Shown: in pieces, positions 1 to 12,364 of the stretch
How positions within the stretch are numbered: the first letter of the stretch is position 1
How the letters are laid out: the number at the start of each line of letters is the position of its first letter
NCBI RefSeq assembly: GCF_030384885.1
Contig: NZ_CP128613.1
Direction: 5' to 3' (one strand)
Length of the DNA: 64,000 bases
From: Escherichia coli
GTDB lineage: Bacteria; Pseudomonadota; Gammaproteobacteria; Enterobacterales; Enterobacteriaceae
The notes under the pieces: generated by a model
What the model saw: only the letters and a program-made list of their open reading frames with translations
Databases searched by the model: none
What the model was told of the DNA's origin: nothing
Program-made: the position numbers and the translations under genes

Positions 1-1488
<1,488 letters not shown>

Positions 1489-1492
1489 ACCT

Positions 1493-1792
1493 ATGGCGCT
1501 TACAAAAGCTGAAATGTCAGAATATCTGTTTGATAAGCTTGGGCTTAGCAAGCGGGATGCCAAAGAACTGGTTGAACTGTTTTTCGAAGAGATCCGTCGA
1601 GCTCTGGAAAACGGCGAACAGGTGAAACTCTCTGGTTTTGGTAACTTCGATCTGCGTGATAAGAATCAACGCCCGGGACGTAACCCGAAAACGGGCGAGG
1701 ATATTCCCATTACAGCACGGCGCGTGGTGACCTTCAGACCCGGGCAGAAGTTAAAAAGCCGGGTCGAAAACGCTTCGCCCAAAGACGAGTAA
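1493..1792 (+). CDS. ihfA: Integration host factor alpha subunit
   Basis: 99-aa [76 protein letters not shown]..., canonical IHF-alpha/HU fold sequence. Confidence 0.97.
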
Positions 1793-1804
1793 TCTGATCT
1801 AACT

Positions 1805-1834
1805 AAAAAGGCCGCTCTGCGGCCTTTTTTCTTT
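1805..1834 (+). terminator. Rho-independent terminator after ihfA (GGCCGC-TCT-GCGGCC stem plus T-run)
   Basis: aaaaaggccgctctgcggccttttttctttt directly after ihfA stop. Confidence 0.8.
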
Positions 1835-1892
1835 TCACTGTCGAAGAGTCACCGTAAAATCAACGCCATGACACTTCAGCAGAACGGATACC

Positions 1893-2873
1893 ATGCTGAC
1901 ACTTGCCCGCCAACAACAGCGACAAAATATTCGCTGGTTATTATGCCTGTCAGTTTTGATGCTGCTGGCGCTTCTCTTAAGCCTTTGCGCCGGTGAACAA
2001 TGGATTTCGCCAGGTGACTGGTTTACTCCTCGTGGCGAACTGTTCATCTGGCAAATTCGCCTACCACGTACGCTGGCTGTATTGCTGGTTGGTGCGGCGC
2101 TGGCTATATCCGGCGCTGTAATGCAGGCATTGTTTGAAAATCCTCTGGCAGAACCTGGACTACTTGGCGTCTCTAACGGCGCAGGCGTAGGGCTTATCGC
2201 CGCGGTATTGCTTGGGCAAGGGCAATTCCCAAACTGGGCACTAGGGCTGTGTGCGATTGCTGGCGCGCTTATCATCACTTTAATACTCTTACGTTTTGCC
2301 CGTCGTCATCTTTCGACCAGTCGGTTATTGCTGGCTGGTGTTGCATTAGGGATTATCTGTAGCGCACTAATGACGTGGGCTATCTATTTTTCCACCTCTG
2401 TTGATTTACGTCAGCTGATGTACTGGATGATGGGCGGTTTTGGCGGCGTAGACTGGCGGCAAAGTTGGCTGATGCTGGCATTGATACCCGTGTTGTTGTG
2501 GATCTGTTGTCAGTCCAGACCGATGAATATGTTAGCACTTGGCGAGATCTCGGCGCGGCAACTAGGTTTACCCCTGTGGTTCTGGCGCAATGTGCTGGTG
2601 GCAGCGACCGGCTGGATGGTTGGCGTCAGTGTGGCGTTGGCGGGTGCTATCGGCTTTATTGGTCTGGTGATCCCACATATTCTCCGGTTATGTGGTTTGA
2701 CCGATCATCGCGTATTACTTCCCGGCTGCGCGCTGGCAGGGGCGAGCGCATTGCTGCTGGCCGATGTTGTAGCGCGCCTGGCATTAGCTGCCGCAGAGCT
2801 GCCTATTGGCGTGGTCACCGCAACGTTGGGTGCGCCGGTGTTTATCTGGTTATTGTTAAAAGCAGGACGTTAG
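1893..2873 (+). CDS. btuC: Vitamin B12 ABC importer permease
   Basis: 326-aa highly hydrophobic ORF, FecCD-type permease sequence recognised as BtuC; followed by btuE and btuD. Confidence 0.95.
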   Translation: MLTLARQQQRQNIRWLLCLSVLMLLALLLSLCAGEQWISPGDWFTPRGELFIWQIRLPRTLAVLLVGAALAISGAVMQALFENPLAEPGLLGVSNGAGVGLIAAVLLGQGQFPNWALGLCAIAGALIITLILLRFARRHLSTSRLLLAGVALGIICSALMTWAIYFSTSVDLRQLMYWMMGGFGGVDWRQSWLMLALIPVLLWICCQSRPMNMLALGEISARQLGLPLWFWRNVLVAATGWMVGVSVALAGAIGFIGLVIPHILRLCGLTDHRVLLPGCALAGASALLLADVVARLALAAAELPIGVVTATLGAPVFIWLLLKAGR

Positions 2874-2932
2874 CCGCAAAAGACGGTCTATGATTAAAAG
2901 CTAAGATTTTTACTGACCACCCAGGAGAAACG

Positions 2933-3484
2933 ATGCAAGATTCCATTCTGACGACCGTAGTGAAAGATATCGACGGTGAAGTGGCCACGCTGGAGAAGTA
3001 CGCCGGTAATGTGCTGTTGATTGTCAATGTCGCCTCAAAGTGTGGCTTAACGCCGCAATATGAGCAGTTGGAGAATATTCAGAAAGCCTGGGCCGATCGT
3101 GGTTTTGTGGTGTTGGGATTCCCGTGCAACCAGTTTCTGGAGCAAGAACCGGGCAGCGATGAAGAGATTAAAACTTACTGCACCACTACCTGGGGGGTGA
3201 CGTTCCCGATGTTCAGTAAGATTGAAGTTAATGGCGAAGGACGCCATCCGCTGTATCAAAAATTGATTGCCGCAGCGCCGACGGCAGTCGCGCCGGAAGA
3301 GAGCGGATTCTATGCCCGTATGGTCAGCAAAGGTCGTGCACCGCTGTACCCTGATGATATTTTATGGAATTTTGAGAAATTTTTAGTTGGCAGGGACGGA
3401 TTGGTCATCCAGCGTTTTTCCCCGGATATGACGCCGGAAGATCCCATTGTGATGGAAAGCATTAAACTGGCGTTGGCGAAATAA
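2933..3484 (+). CDS. btuE: Glutathione-peroxidase-family thioredoxin/glutathione peroxidase
   Basis: 183-aa ORF with GPx-family motifs ([26 protein letters not shown]); AGGAG SD; stop overlaps btuD start (TAATG). Confidence 0.95.
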
Positions 3485-4233
3485 TGTCTATTGTGATGCA
3501 GCTACAGGATGTTGCGGAATCAACCCGCCTTGGGCCGCTTTCTGGCGAGGTTCGGGCTGGGGAGATCCTGCATCTGGTGGGGCCGAATGGCGCGGGTAAG
3601 AGTACCTTACTGGCGCGAATGGCCGGAATGACCAGCGGTAAGGGAAGCATTCAGTTCGCGGGGCAACCACTGGAAGCATGGTCCGCAACAAAACTCGCGC
3701 TGCATCGCGCCTATCTTTCACAACAACAGACGCCACCGTTTGCAATGCCGGTCTGGCACTACCTGACACTGCATCAGCACGATAAAACGCGTACCGAACT
3801 ACTGAATGATGTCGCAGGGGCGCTGGCTCTTGATGACAAACTCGGACGTAGCACCAATCAACTTTCCGGCGGCGAATGGCAACGCGTACGTCTTGCTGCG
3901 GTGGTGCTGCAAATCACACCACAAGCCAATCCCGCAGGCCAATTACTACTTCTTGATGAGCCTATGAACAGTCTTGATGTTGCGCAACAAAGTGCGTTAG
4001 ACAAAATTCTGAGCGCGCTGTGTCAGCAAGGACTGGCGATTGTTATGAGCAGTCACGATCTCAACCACACCTTGCGTCATGCGCATCGGGCGTGGTTGCT
4101 AAAAGGTGGAAAAATGCTGGCCAGTGGACGCAGAGAAGAGGTGCTCACGCCGCCAAATCTGGCGCAGGCCTATGGGATGAATTTTCGCCGTCTGGATATC
4201 GAAGGTCACAGAATGCTGATTTCGACCATCTGA
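3484..4233 (+). CDS. btuD: Vitamin B12 ABC importer ATPase
   Basis: 249-aa ORF with Walker [13 protein letters not shown] signature LSGGEWQR, Walker B LLLLDEP. Confidence 0.95.
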
Positions 4234-4310
4234 TTTCATTAGTATCTTGAAAATCGGGTAATTACGACGCTAAATTAATGCAAGAATAAAAAACAGAGGA
4301 ACCGTACGGA

Positions 4311-4775
4311 ATGCGTTTCTGCCTTATTTTGATCACAGCACTGTTTCTGGCCGGGTGTAGCCACCATAAAGCACCGCCGCCAAATGCCAGACTTTCTGAT
4401 TCGATTACCGTTATTGCCGGTTTGAACGACCAGCTACAGAGCTGGCATGGCACGCCGTATCGTTATGGTGGCATGACGCGGCGCGGTGTGGACTGTTCGG
4501 GGTTTGTGGTTGTGACGATGCGCGATCGTTTCGATTTGCAGCTGCCCCGTGAAACCAAACAACAAGCCTCTATCGGCACGCAAATTGATAAAGACGAGTT
4601 GCTGCCTGGTGACCTGGTCTTTTTCAAAACGGGCTCCGGACAAAATGGTTTGCATGTAGGTATTTACGATACCAACAACCAATTTATCCACGCCTCTACC
4701 AGCAAGGGAGTGATGCGTTCCTCACTCGATAATGTCTATTGGCAGAAAAATTTCTGGCAGGCGAGACGAATCTAG
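4311..4775 (+). CDS. nlpC: NlpC/P60-family lipoprotein (peptidoglycan endopeptidase-like)
   Basis: 154-aa ORF with lipoprotein signal and lipobox (LFLAGC), NlpC/P60 catalytic Cys context (GVDCSGFV) and His (GLHVGIY). Confidence 0.93.
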   Translation: MRFCLILITALFLAGCSHHKAPPPNARLSDSITVIAGLNDQLQSWHGTPYRYGGMTRRGVDCSGFVVVTMRDRFDLQLPRETKQQASIGTQIDKDELLPGDLVFFKTGSGQNGLHVGIYDTNNQFIHASTSKGVMRSSLDNVYWQKNFWQARRI

Positions 4776-5021
4776 TATGTCGAAAAATGGACGGCGATGA
4801 TACATCTCCGTCCATTTACTCCTGAATACAGTAGTATTTTACAGACAAAAATACCGTATATGGATTATTCGTTTATAATCAGGATAATCTAATAAAAGGA
4901 CCCCTGAAAAAGTGGTTAACATGGAACAAATGAAAGTTACTCCTTCTGTAATTGTTATGTCTTATGGCCTCATCCCTTTTAGCCGGATACTGAAAAACAT
5001 CCTTCGAGAGGGACGGTTACC

Positions 5022-5735
5022 ATGAAGATTTTTTTGGAGAATCTTTATCGTTCTGATTGCTATTTCCTGCCGATAAGAGATAACCAGCAAGACCTTGTCG
5101 GCGTTGAGTTAATTACCCATTTCTCCAGTGAAGATGGTACGGTTCGTATACCGACGAGTCGGGTTATAGCGCAACTTACCGAGGAGCAACATTGGCAATT
5201 ATTTTCTGAGCAGTTGGAATTGCTAAAATCATGCCAACACTTTTTTATTCAACATAAACTCTTTGCCTGGCTTAATTTAACCCCACAAGTGGCTACTTTA
5301 TTATTAGACAGGGATAATTACGCGGGCGAACTATTAAAATATCCGTTTATTGAACTGTTGATTAATGAGAATTACCCGCATCTCGATGAAGGAAAAGATA
5401 ATCGCGATCTTTTGTCCTTATCGCAAATGTATCCCCTTGTGTTAGGTAATTTGGGCGCAGGCAATAGCACAATGAAAGCGGTTTTTGATGGTCTTTTCAC
5501 CCGCGTCATGCTGGATAAAAGTTTTATTCAGCAACAAATCACGCATCGCTCCTTCGAACCGTTTATTCGTGCGCTCCAGGCGCAAATTTCCCCATGTTGC
5601 AATTGCATCATCGCGGGGGGCATTGATACGCCAGAAATAATGGCACAGATTACCCCCTTTGATTTCCATGCTCTCCAGGGATGCCTGTGGCCTGCCGTTC
5701 CTGTAAATCAGATAACGACGTTGGTTCAGCGATAA
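5022..5735 (+). CDS. ydiV: Anti-FlhD4C2 factor, degenerate EAL-domain protein
   Basis: 237-aa ORF recognised as YdiV (MKIFLENLYRSDCYFLPIRDNQQDLVGVELITHF...); position after nlpC as in E. coli. Confidence 0.92.
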   Translation: MKIFLENLYRSDCYFLPIRDNQQDLVGVELITHFSSEDGTVRIPTSRVIAQLTEEQHWQLFSEQLELLKSCQHFFIQHKLFAWLNLTPQVATLLLDRDNYAGELLKYPFIELLINENYPHLDEGKDNRDLLSLSQMYPLVLGNLGAGNSTMKAVFDGLFTRVMLDKSFIQQQITHRSFEPFIRALQAQISPCCNCIIAGGIDTPEIMAQITPFDFHALQGCLWPAVPVNQITTLVQR

Positions 5736-5758
5736 CCCTCCTGTTTGCTGGTGTTTAA

Positions 5759-7234
<1,476 letters not shown>

Positions 7235-7237
7235 AGG

Positions 7238-7429
7238 CTACTTGGTCAATAGCAGCTTGCCAGCCTGAGTTTTACGGAGCAGATATTCTTGCCCGTCATG
7301 ATCGATAATCAGTTTGCCATCCGGACCTAACAGTGTCTGGCTGGTAATTCGCCGAATGGGCTGCGGGGAGGCGGTCTTGTGATTGGCATCCGTTTCAGGC
7401 GTGAGTTTTCTGCTATCCGTATAACGCAT
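7238..7429 (-). CDS. ydiE: HemP/HmuP-like small protein
   Basis: 63-aa reading frame [63 protein letters not shown] (internal ATG of the 72-aa track ORF); Fur-box-like sequence just upstream. Confidence 0.8.
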   Translation of the reverse strand: MRYTDSRKLTPETDANHKTASPQPIRRITSQTLLGPDGKLIIDHDGQEYLLRKTQAGKLLLTK

Positions 7430-7440
7430 AAAAATTAATA

Positions 7441-7471
7441 ATAATTGATATAACAATGATTCTTATTATCA
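7441..7471 (-). promoter_or_regulatory. Fur-box-like operator in ydiE promoter region
   Basis: ataattgatataacaatgattcttattatc: AT-rich dyad resembling Fur consensus GATAATGATAATCATTATC, 12-40 nt upstream of ydiE start. Confidence 0.5.
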
Positions 7472-7560
7472 ATATTCTGGCGGGCCAGAGCAAGCAGTAA
7501 TTTGTTGAGAAGACAACAAGTTGCGCAGAAATGCCCATTCCGTCAGGAATGGGCACGCAT

Positions 7561-8607
7561 TCAGAAGCGGGTATCAACCGCAGAGGCGAGTTTTTCGACC
7601 AGGCGTTCGGTATCTTCCCAGCCCAGACACGGGTCGGTAATCGATTGACCGTAAGTGAGCGGCTGACCGCCGACGATTTTTTGCGTTCCTTCGCGCAGGA
7701 AACTTTCCGCCATAATTCCAGCAATCGCCGTAGAGCCATTGCGGATTTGCTGACAAATATCCTCACAAACTTCTAACTGGCGACGATGCTGCTTCTGGCA
7801 GTTGCCGTGGCTGAAATCCACCACCAGATGTTCAGGTAAATCAAACTCGTGCAACGTATCGCAGGCAGCGGCGATATCATCCGCATGGTAATTCGGCTTT
7901 TTGCCGCCACGCATAATAATGTGGCCATACGGATTGCCGCTGGTCTGATAGATGGTCATCTGACCATTTTTGTCTGGCGAGAGGAACATATGGCTGGCGC
8001 GGGCTGCGCGGATAGCATCCACGGCAATCCGCGTGTTGCCATCGGTACCATTTTTAAAACCTACCGGACAGGAGAGTGCCGAAGCCATTTCACGGTGGAT
8101 CTGACTTTCGGTAGTACGTGCGCCAATCGCGCCCCAACTGATTAAATCAGCAATAAACTGACCGGTCACCATATCGAGGAACTCAGTCGCGGTAGGGACG
8201 CCCAGCTCATTGACCTGTAAAAGTAATTTGCGCGCCAGCTCCAGACCGTGATTTACCCGATAGCTGCCGTTTAAATCCGGATCGGAGATTAGCCCTTTCC
8301 AGCCGACTACAGTTCGTGGTTTTTCAAAATAGGTGCGCATTACGATTTCCAGCCGTGACTGGTACTGGTTGCGCAGCGACTGCAGACGGGTGGCGTACTC
8401 CATTGCAGCGGTGAGATCGTGGATCGAGCAGGGGCCAATAATGACCAACAGTCGCTTATCTTCACCATTCAGTATTTTTTCAATTCTGCGGCGGGAGTCG
8501 GTGACATGGGTGGCGACGCCAGGCGTTACGGGATACCGTAGCGCGAGTTCGGCGGGCGTTACCAGGCTCTCAATACGCGCAGTACGGAGTTCGTCAGTTC
8601 TGTTCAT
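7561..8607 (-). CDS. aroH: DAHP synthase, tryptophan-sensitive (3-deoxy-7-phosphoheptulonate synthase)
   Basis: 348-aa ORF MNRTDELRTARIESLVTPAELALRYPVT..., class I DAHP synthase; TrpR operator upstream. Confidence 0.96.
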   Translation of the reverse strand: MNRTDELRTARIESLVTPAELALRYPVTPGVATHVTDSRRRIEKILNGEDKRLLVIIGPCSIHDLTAAMEYATRLQSLRNQYQSRLEIVMRTYFEKPRTVVGWKGLISDPDLNGSYRVNHGLELARKLLLQVNELGVPTATEFLDMVTGQFIADLISWGAIGARTTESQIHREMASALSCPVGFKNGTDGNTRIAVDAIRAARASHMFLSPDKNGQMTIYQTSGNPYGHIIMRGGKKPNYHADDIAAACDTLHEFDLPEHLVVDFSHGNCQKQHRRQLEVCEDICQQIRNGSTAIAGIMAESFLREGTQKIVGGQPLTYGQSITDPCLGWEDTERLVEKLASAVDTRF

Positions 8608-8750
8608 TACAAGTCTCAGAAATTTGTTGCTTCTACGGCAGGACTACCGGGAAGTGATGCGCATCACGATAAACCAATCGCAGCTGATTTCAAGTGCGAG
8701 GTGTGTCACACCTCGCCGGGTGGTTAGCATGATAACAAAAAAACAAGTTA

Positions 8751-8772
8751 ATGCACTAGTTCTCTAGTACAT
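8751..8772 (-). promoter_or_regulatory. TrpR operator of aroH promoter (CTAG-containing dyad)
   Basis: minus-strand ATGTACTAGAGAACTAGTGCAT, matching the trp-repressor operator core GTACTAG..CTAGTAC; overlaps ppsR stop codon. Confidence 0.75.
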
Positions 8773-9597
8773 TCGACGACTAAGGCCCATGATATCAAGG
8801 ATCTTGGTGGCAATCTCTTCTACCGAATAATTGGTACTGTTAATCCATGGGATCTGATTCTTACGGTACAACGCTTCCACTTCCGCGACTTCCATCCTGC
8901 ACTGACGAAGCGAGGCATAGCGACTGTTCTCCCGACGTTCCTCGCGAATCGCCGCCAGACGTTCCGGGTCGATAGTCAGGCCGAACAATTTATGCTGAAG
9001 CGGTTTGAGCGACGCGGGTAGCACCAGATTATCCATATCGTCGGCAATAAAGGGGTAGTTTGCCGCGCGGATACCAAATTGCATTGCCAGATACAGACTG
9101 GTGGGGGTTTTACCACAGCGAGAAACGCCGAGCAGGATCACCTGAGCCTGGTCCAGATTGCGCAACGAAATGCCGTCGTCATGGGCAAGGGTGTAATCAA
9201 TCGCCGCAATGCGCGCATCGTATTTATTGAGATTATTAGGGTTAAGGCCATGGGTACGATGAGCAATCGGCGTTGGATCCAGTTTCATCTCTTGCTGTAG
9301 CGGGGCAACCAGCGCCTGAACGATATCCTGGCAAAAGCCTTCACTTTGCAAGATGATGGCGCGAATCTCCGGCAACACGATGGAGTAGAAGACCAGTGGG
9401 CGCACACCTGTCTGGTGATAAATTGCGTCAATCTGATCCTTCACTGCCCGTGCACGGCTCTCATTTTCGACAAACGGCAGCGTAATGCTGCTGATAGTGA
9501 CGGGAAATTGTGACATTACTGCGTGTCCTAATACCTCCGCAGTTATTGCCGTACCATCAGAAATATAAAAAACGTGGCGATCAACAGCATTATCCAT
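8764..9597 (-). CDS. ppsR: PEP synthetase regulatory protein (bifunctional kinase/pyrophosphorylase)
   Basis: 277-aa [30 protein letters not shown]... with P-loop GVSRCGKT; divergent from ppsA. Confidence 0.95.
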
Positions 9598-9827
9598 TTT
9601 GTTCTTCCCGTAATGCAGACATAATTCTATGAAAGCATAAATTAAAAACGCACAGAAGCGTAGAACGTTATGTCTGGTTTATAAAATGAACCTTCAATTT
9701 TATTTTTTATGAAAACAGCATTTCATTTTTACGGTTTCGTTTATACCGATGGTTTATGTGGAAATTGTCGAAGAGAGCAGATTTGCGCAACGCTGGGATC
9801 AGTCTTAAAAAGTAAAAAAATATATTT

Positions 9828-9843
9828 GCTTGAACGATTCACC
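9828..9843 (+). promoter_or_regulatory. Candidate Cra (FruR) site in ppsA promoter region
   Basis: gcttgaacgattcacc (minus-strand GGTGAATCGTTCAAGC), imperfect palindrome TGAA-N-TTCA type, about 90 nt upstream of ppsA ATG. Confidence 0.45.
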
Positions 9844-9929
9844 GTTTTTTTCATCCGGTTAAATATGCAAAGATAAATGCGCAGAAATGTGTTTCTCAAA
9901 CCGTTCATTTATCACAAAAGGATTGTTCG

Positions 9930-12308
9930 ATGTCCAACAATGGCTCGTCACCGCTGGTGCTTTGGTATAACCAACTCGGCATGAATGATGTAGACAGGGT
10001 TGGGGGCAAAAATGCCTCCCTGGGTGAAATGATTACTAACCTTTCCGGAATGGGTGTTTCCGTTCCGAATGGTTTCGCCACAACCGCCGACGCGTTTAAC
10101 CAGTTTCTGGACCAAAGCGGCGTAAACCAGCGCATTTATGAACTGCTGGATAAAACGGATATTGACGATGTTACCCAGCTTGCGAAAGCGGGCGCGCAAA
10201 TCCGCCAGTGGATTATCGACACTCCCTTCCAGCCTGAGCTGGAAAACGCCATCCGCGAAGCCTATGCACAGCTTTCCGCCGATGACGAAAACGCCTCTTT
10301 TGCGGTGCGTTCCTCCGCTACTGCAGAAGATATGCCGGACGCTTCTTTTGCCGGTCAGCAGGAAACTTTCCTCAACGTTCAGGGTCTTGACGCCGTTCTC
10401 GTGGCAGTGAAACATGTATTTGCTTCTCTGTTTAACGATCGCGCCATCTCTTATCGTGTGCACCAGGGTTACGATCACCGTGGCGTGGCGCTCTCCGCCG
10501 GTGTTCAGCGGATGGTGCGTTCCGACCTCGCATCTTCTGGCGTGATGTTCTCCATTGATACCGAATCCGGCTTTGACCAGGTGGTGTTTATCACTTCCGC
10601 TTGGGGCCTTGGTGAAATGGTCGTGCAGGGCGCGGTTAACCCGGATGAGTTTTACGTACATAAACCGACACTGGCGGCAAATCGCCCGGCTATCGTGCGC
10701 CGCACCATGGGGTCAAAAAAAATCCGCATGGTTTACGCGCCGACCCAGGAGCACGGCAAGCAGGTTAAAATCGAAGACGTACCGCAGGAACAGCGTGACA
10801 TCTTCTCGCTGACCAACGAAGAAGTGCAGGAGCTGGCAAAACAGGCCGTACAAATTGAGAAACACTACGGTCGCCCAATGGATATTGAGTGGGCGAAAGA
10901 TGGCCACACCGGCAAACTGTTCATTGTGCAGGCGCGTCCGGAAACCGTGCGCTCACGCGGTCAGGTCATGGAGCGTTATACGTTGCATTCACAGGGTAAG
11001 ATTATCGCCGAAGGCCGTGCTATCGGTCATCGCATCGGCGCGGGTCCGGTGAAAGTCATTCATGACATCAGCGAAATGAACCGCATTGAACCTGGCGACG
11101 TGCTGGTCACTGACATGACCGACCCAGATTGGGAACCGATCATGAAGAAAGCATCTGCCATCGTCACCAACCGTGGCGGTCGTACCTGTCACGCGGCGAT
11201 TATCGCTCGTGAACTGGGCATTCCGGCGGTAGTGGGCTGTGGTGATGCAACAGAACGGATGAAAGACGGTGAGAACGTCACTGTTTCTTGTGCAGAGGGT
11301 GATACCGGTTACGTCTATGCTGAGTTGCTGGAATTTAGCGTGAAAAGCTCCAGCGTGGAAACGATGCCGGATCTGCCGTTGAAAGTGATGATGAACGTCG
11401 GTAACCCGGACCGTGCTTTCGATTTCGCCTGCCTGCCGAACGAAGGCGTGGGCCTTGCGCGTCTGGAATTTATCATCAACCGTATGATTGGCGTCCACCC
11501 ACGCGCACTGCTTGAGTTTGACGATCAGGAACCGCAGTTGCAAAACGAAATCCGCGAGATGATGAAAGGTTTTGATTCTCCGCGTGAGTTTTACGTTGGT
11601 CGTCTGACTGAAGGGATCGCGACGTTGGGTGCTGCGTTTTATCCGAAGCGTGTCATTGTCCGTCTCTCTGATTTTAAATCGAACGAATACGCCAACCTGG
11701 TCGGTGGTGAACGTTACGAGCCAGATGAAGAGAACCCAATGCTCGGCTTCCGTGGCGCGGGACGTTATGTTTCCGACAGCTTCCGCGACTGCTTCGCACT
11801 GGAGTGTGAAGCGGTGAAACGTGTGCGCAACGACATGGGACTGACCAACGTTGAGATCATGATCCCGTTCGTGCGTACCGTAGATCAGGCGAAAGCGGTG
11901 GTTGAAGAACTGGCGCGCCAGGGGCTGAAACGTGGTGAAAACGGGCTGAAGATCATCATGATGTGTGAAATTCCGTCCAACGCCTTACTGGCAGAGCAGT
12001 TCCTCGAATATTTCGACGGCTTCTCAATTGGCTCAAACGATATGACGCAGCTTGCGCTTGGTCTGGACCGAGACTCCGGCGTGGTGTCTGAACTGTTCGA
12101 TGAGCGCAACGATGCAGTGAAAGCACTGCTGTCGATGGCGATTCGTGCCGCGAAGAAGCAGGGCAAATATGTCGGGATTTGCGGTCAGGGTCCGTCCGAC
12201 CATGAAGACTTTGCCGCCTGGCTGATGGAAGAGGGGATCGATAGCTTGTCCCTGAATCCGGACACTGTGGTACAAACCTGGTTAAGCCTGGCTGAACTGA
12301 AGAAATAA
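9930..12308 (+). CDS. ppsA: Phosphoenolpyruvate synthase
   Basis: 792-aa ORF, PEP-utilising enzyme family with phosphohistidine region ([21 protein letters not shown]). Confidence 0.97.
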   Translation: MSNNGSSPLVLWYNQLGMNDVDRVGGKNASLGEMITNLSGMGVSVPNGFATTADAFNQFLDQSGVNQRIYELLDKTDIDDVTQLAKAGAQIRQWIIDTPFQPELENAIREAYAQLSADDENASFAVRSSATAEDMPDASFAGQQETFLNVQGLDAVLVAVKHVFASLFNDRAISYRVHQGYDHRGVALSAGVQRMVRSDLASSGVMFSIDTESGFDQVVFITSAWGLGEMVVQGAVNPDEFYVHKPTLAANRPAIVRRTMGSKKIRMVYAPTQEHGKQVKIEDVPQEQRDIFSLTNEEVQELAKQAVQIEKHYGRPMDIEWAKDGHTGKLFIVQARPETVRSRGQVMERYTLHSQGKIIAEGRAIGHRIGAGPVKVIHDISEMNRIEPGDVLVTDMTDPDWEPIMKKASAIVTNRGGRTCHAAIIARELGIPAVVGCGDATERMKDGENVTVSCAEGDTGYVYAELLEFSVKSSSVETMPDLPLKVMMNVGNPDRAFDFACLPNEGVGLARLEFIINRMIGVHPRALLEFDDQEPQLQNEIREMMKGFDSPREFYVGRLTEGIATLGAAFYPKRVIVRLSDFKSNEYANLVGGERYEPDEENPMLGFRGAGRYVSDSFRDCFALECEAVKRVRNDMGLTNVEIMIPFVRTVDQAKAVVEELARQGLKRGENGLKIIMMCEIPSNALLAEQFLEYFDGFSIGSNDMTQLALGLDRDSGVVSELFDERNDAVKALLSMAIRAAKKQGKYVGICGQGPSDHEDFAAWLMEEGIDSLSLNPDTVVQTWLSLAELKK

Positions 12309-12316
12309 AATAAATA

Positions 12317-12343
12317 CCCGGCGGCGTTTTGTCGCCGGGTTTA
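12317..12343. terminator. Bidirectional hairpin terminator between convergent ppsA and fadK
   Basis: cccggcg-gcgttttgt-cgccggg followed by ttt; lies between the two convergent stops. Confidence 0.65.
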
Positions 12344-12364
12344 CGTGATCCCCGAGTATGAAAC

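Noticed and set aside
1800-1900. Possible cobalamin riboswitch in front of btuC
   Set aside because: Only 58 nt separate the ihfA terminator from the btuC start, too short for a B12 element, and no B12-box-like sequence is visible. From established knowledge the cobalamin riboswitch controls btuB, not btuCED.
4782-4815. Hairpin after nlpC (aatggacgg...ccgtccatt) as an sRNA or attenuator
   Set aside because: It is consistent with a simple nlpC terminator or stabiliser and has no convincing U-tract or promoter of its own. It is kept only as context for the ydiV leader uORF observation.
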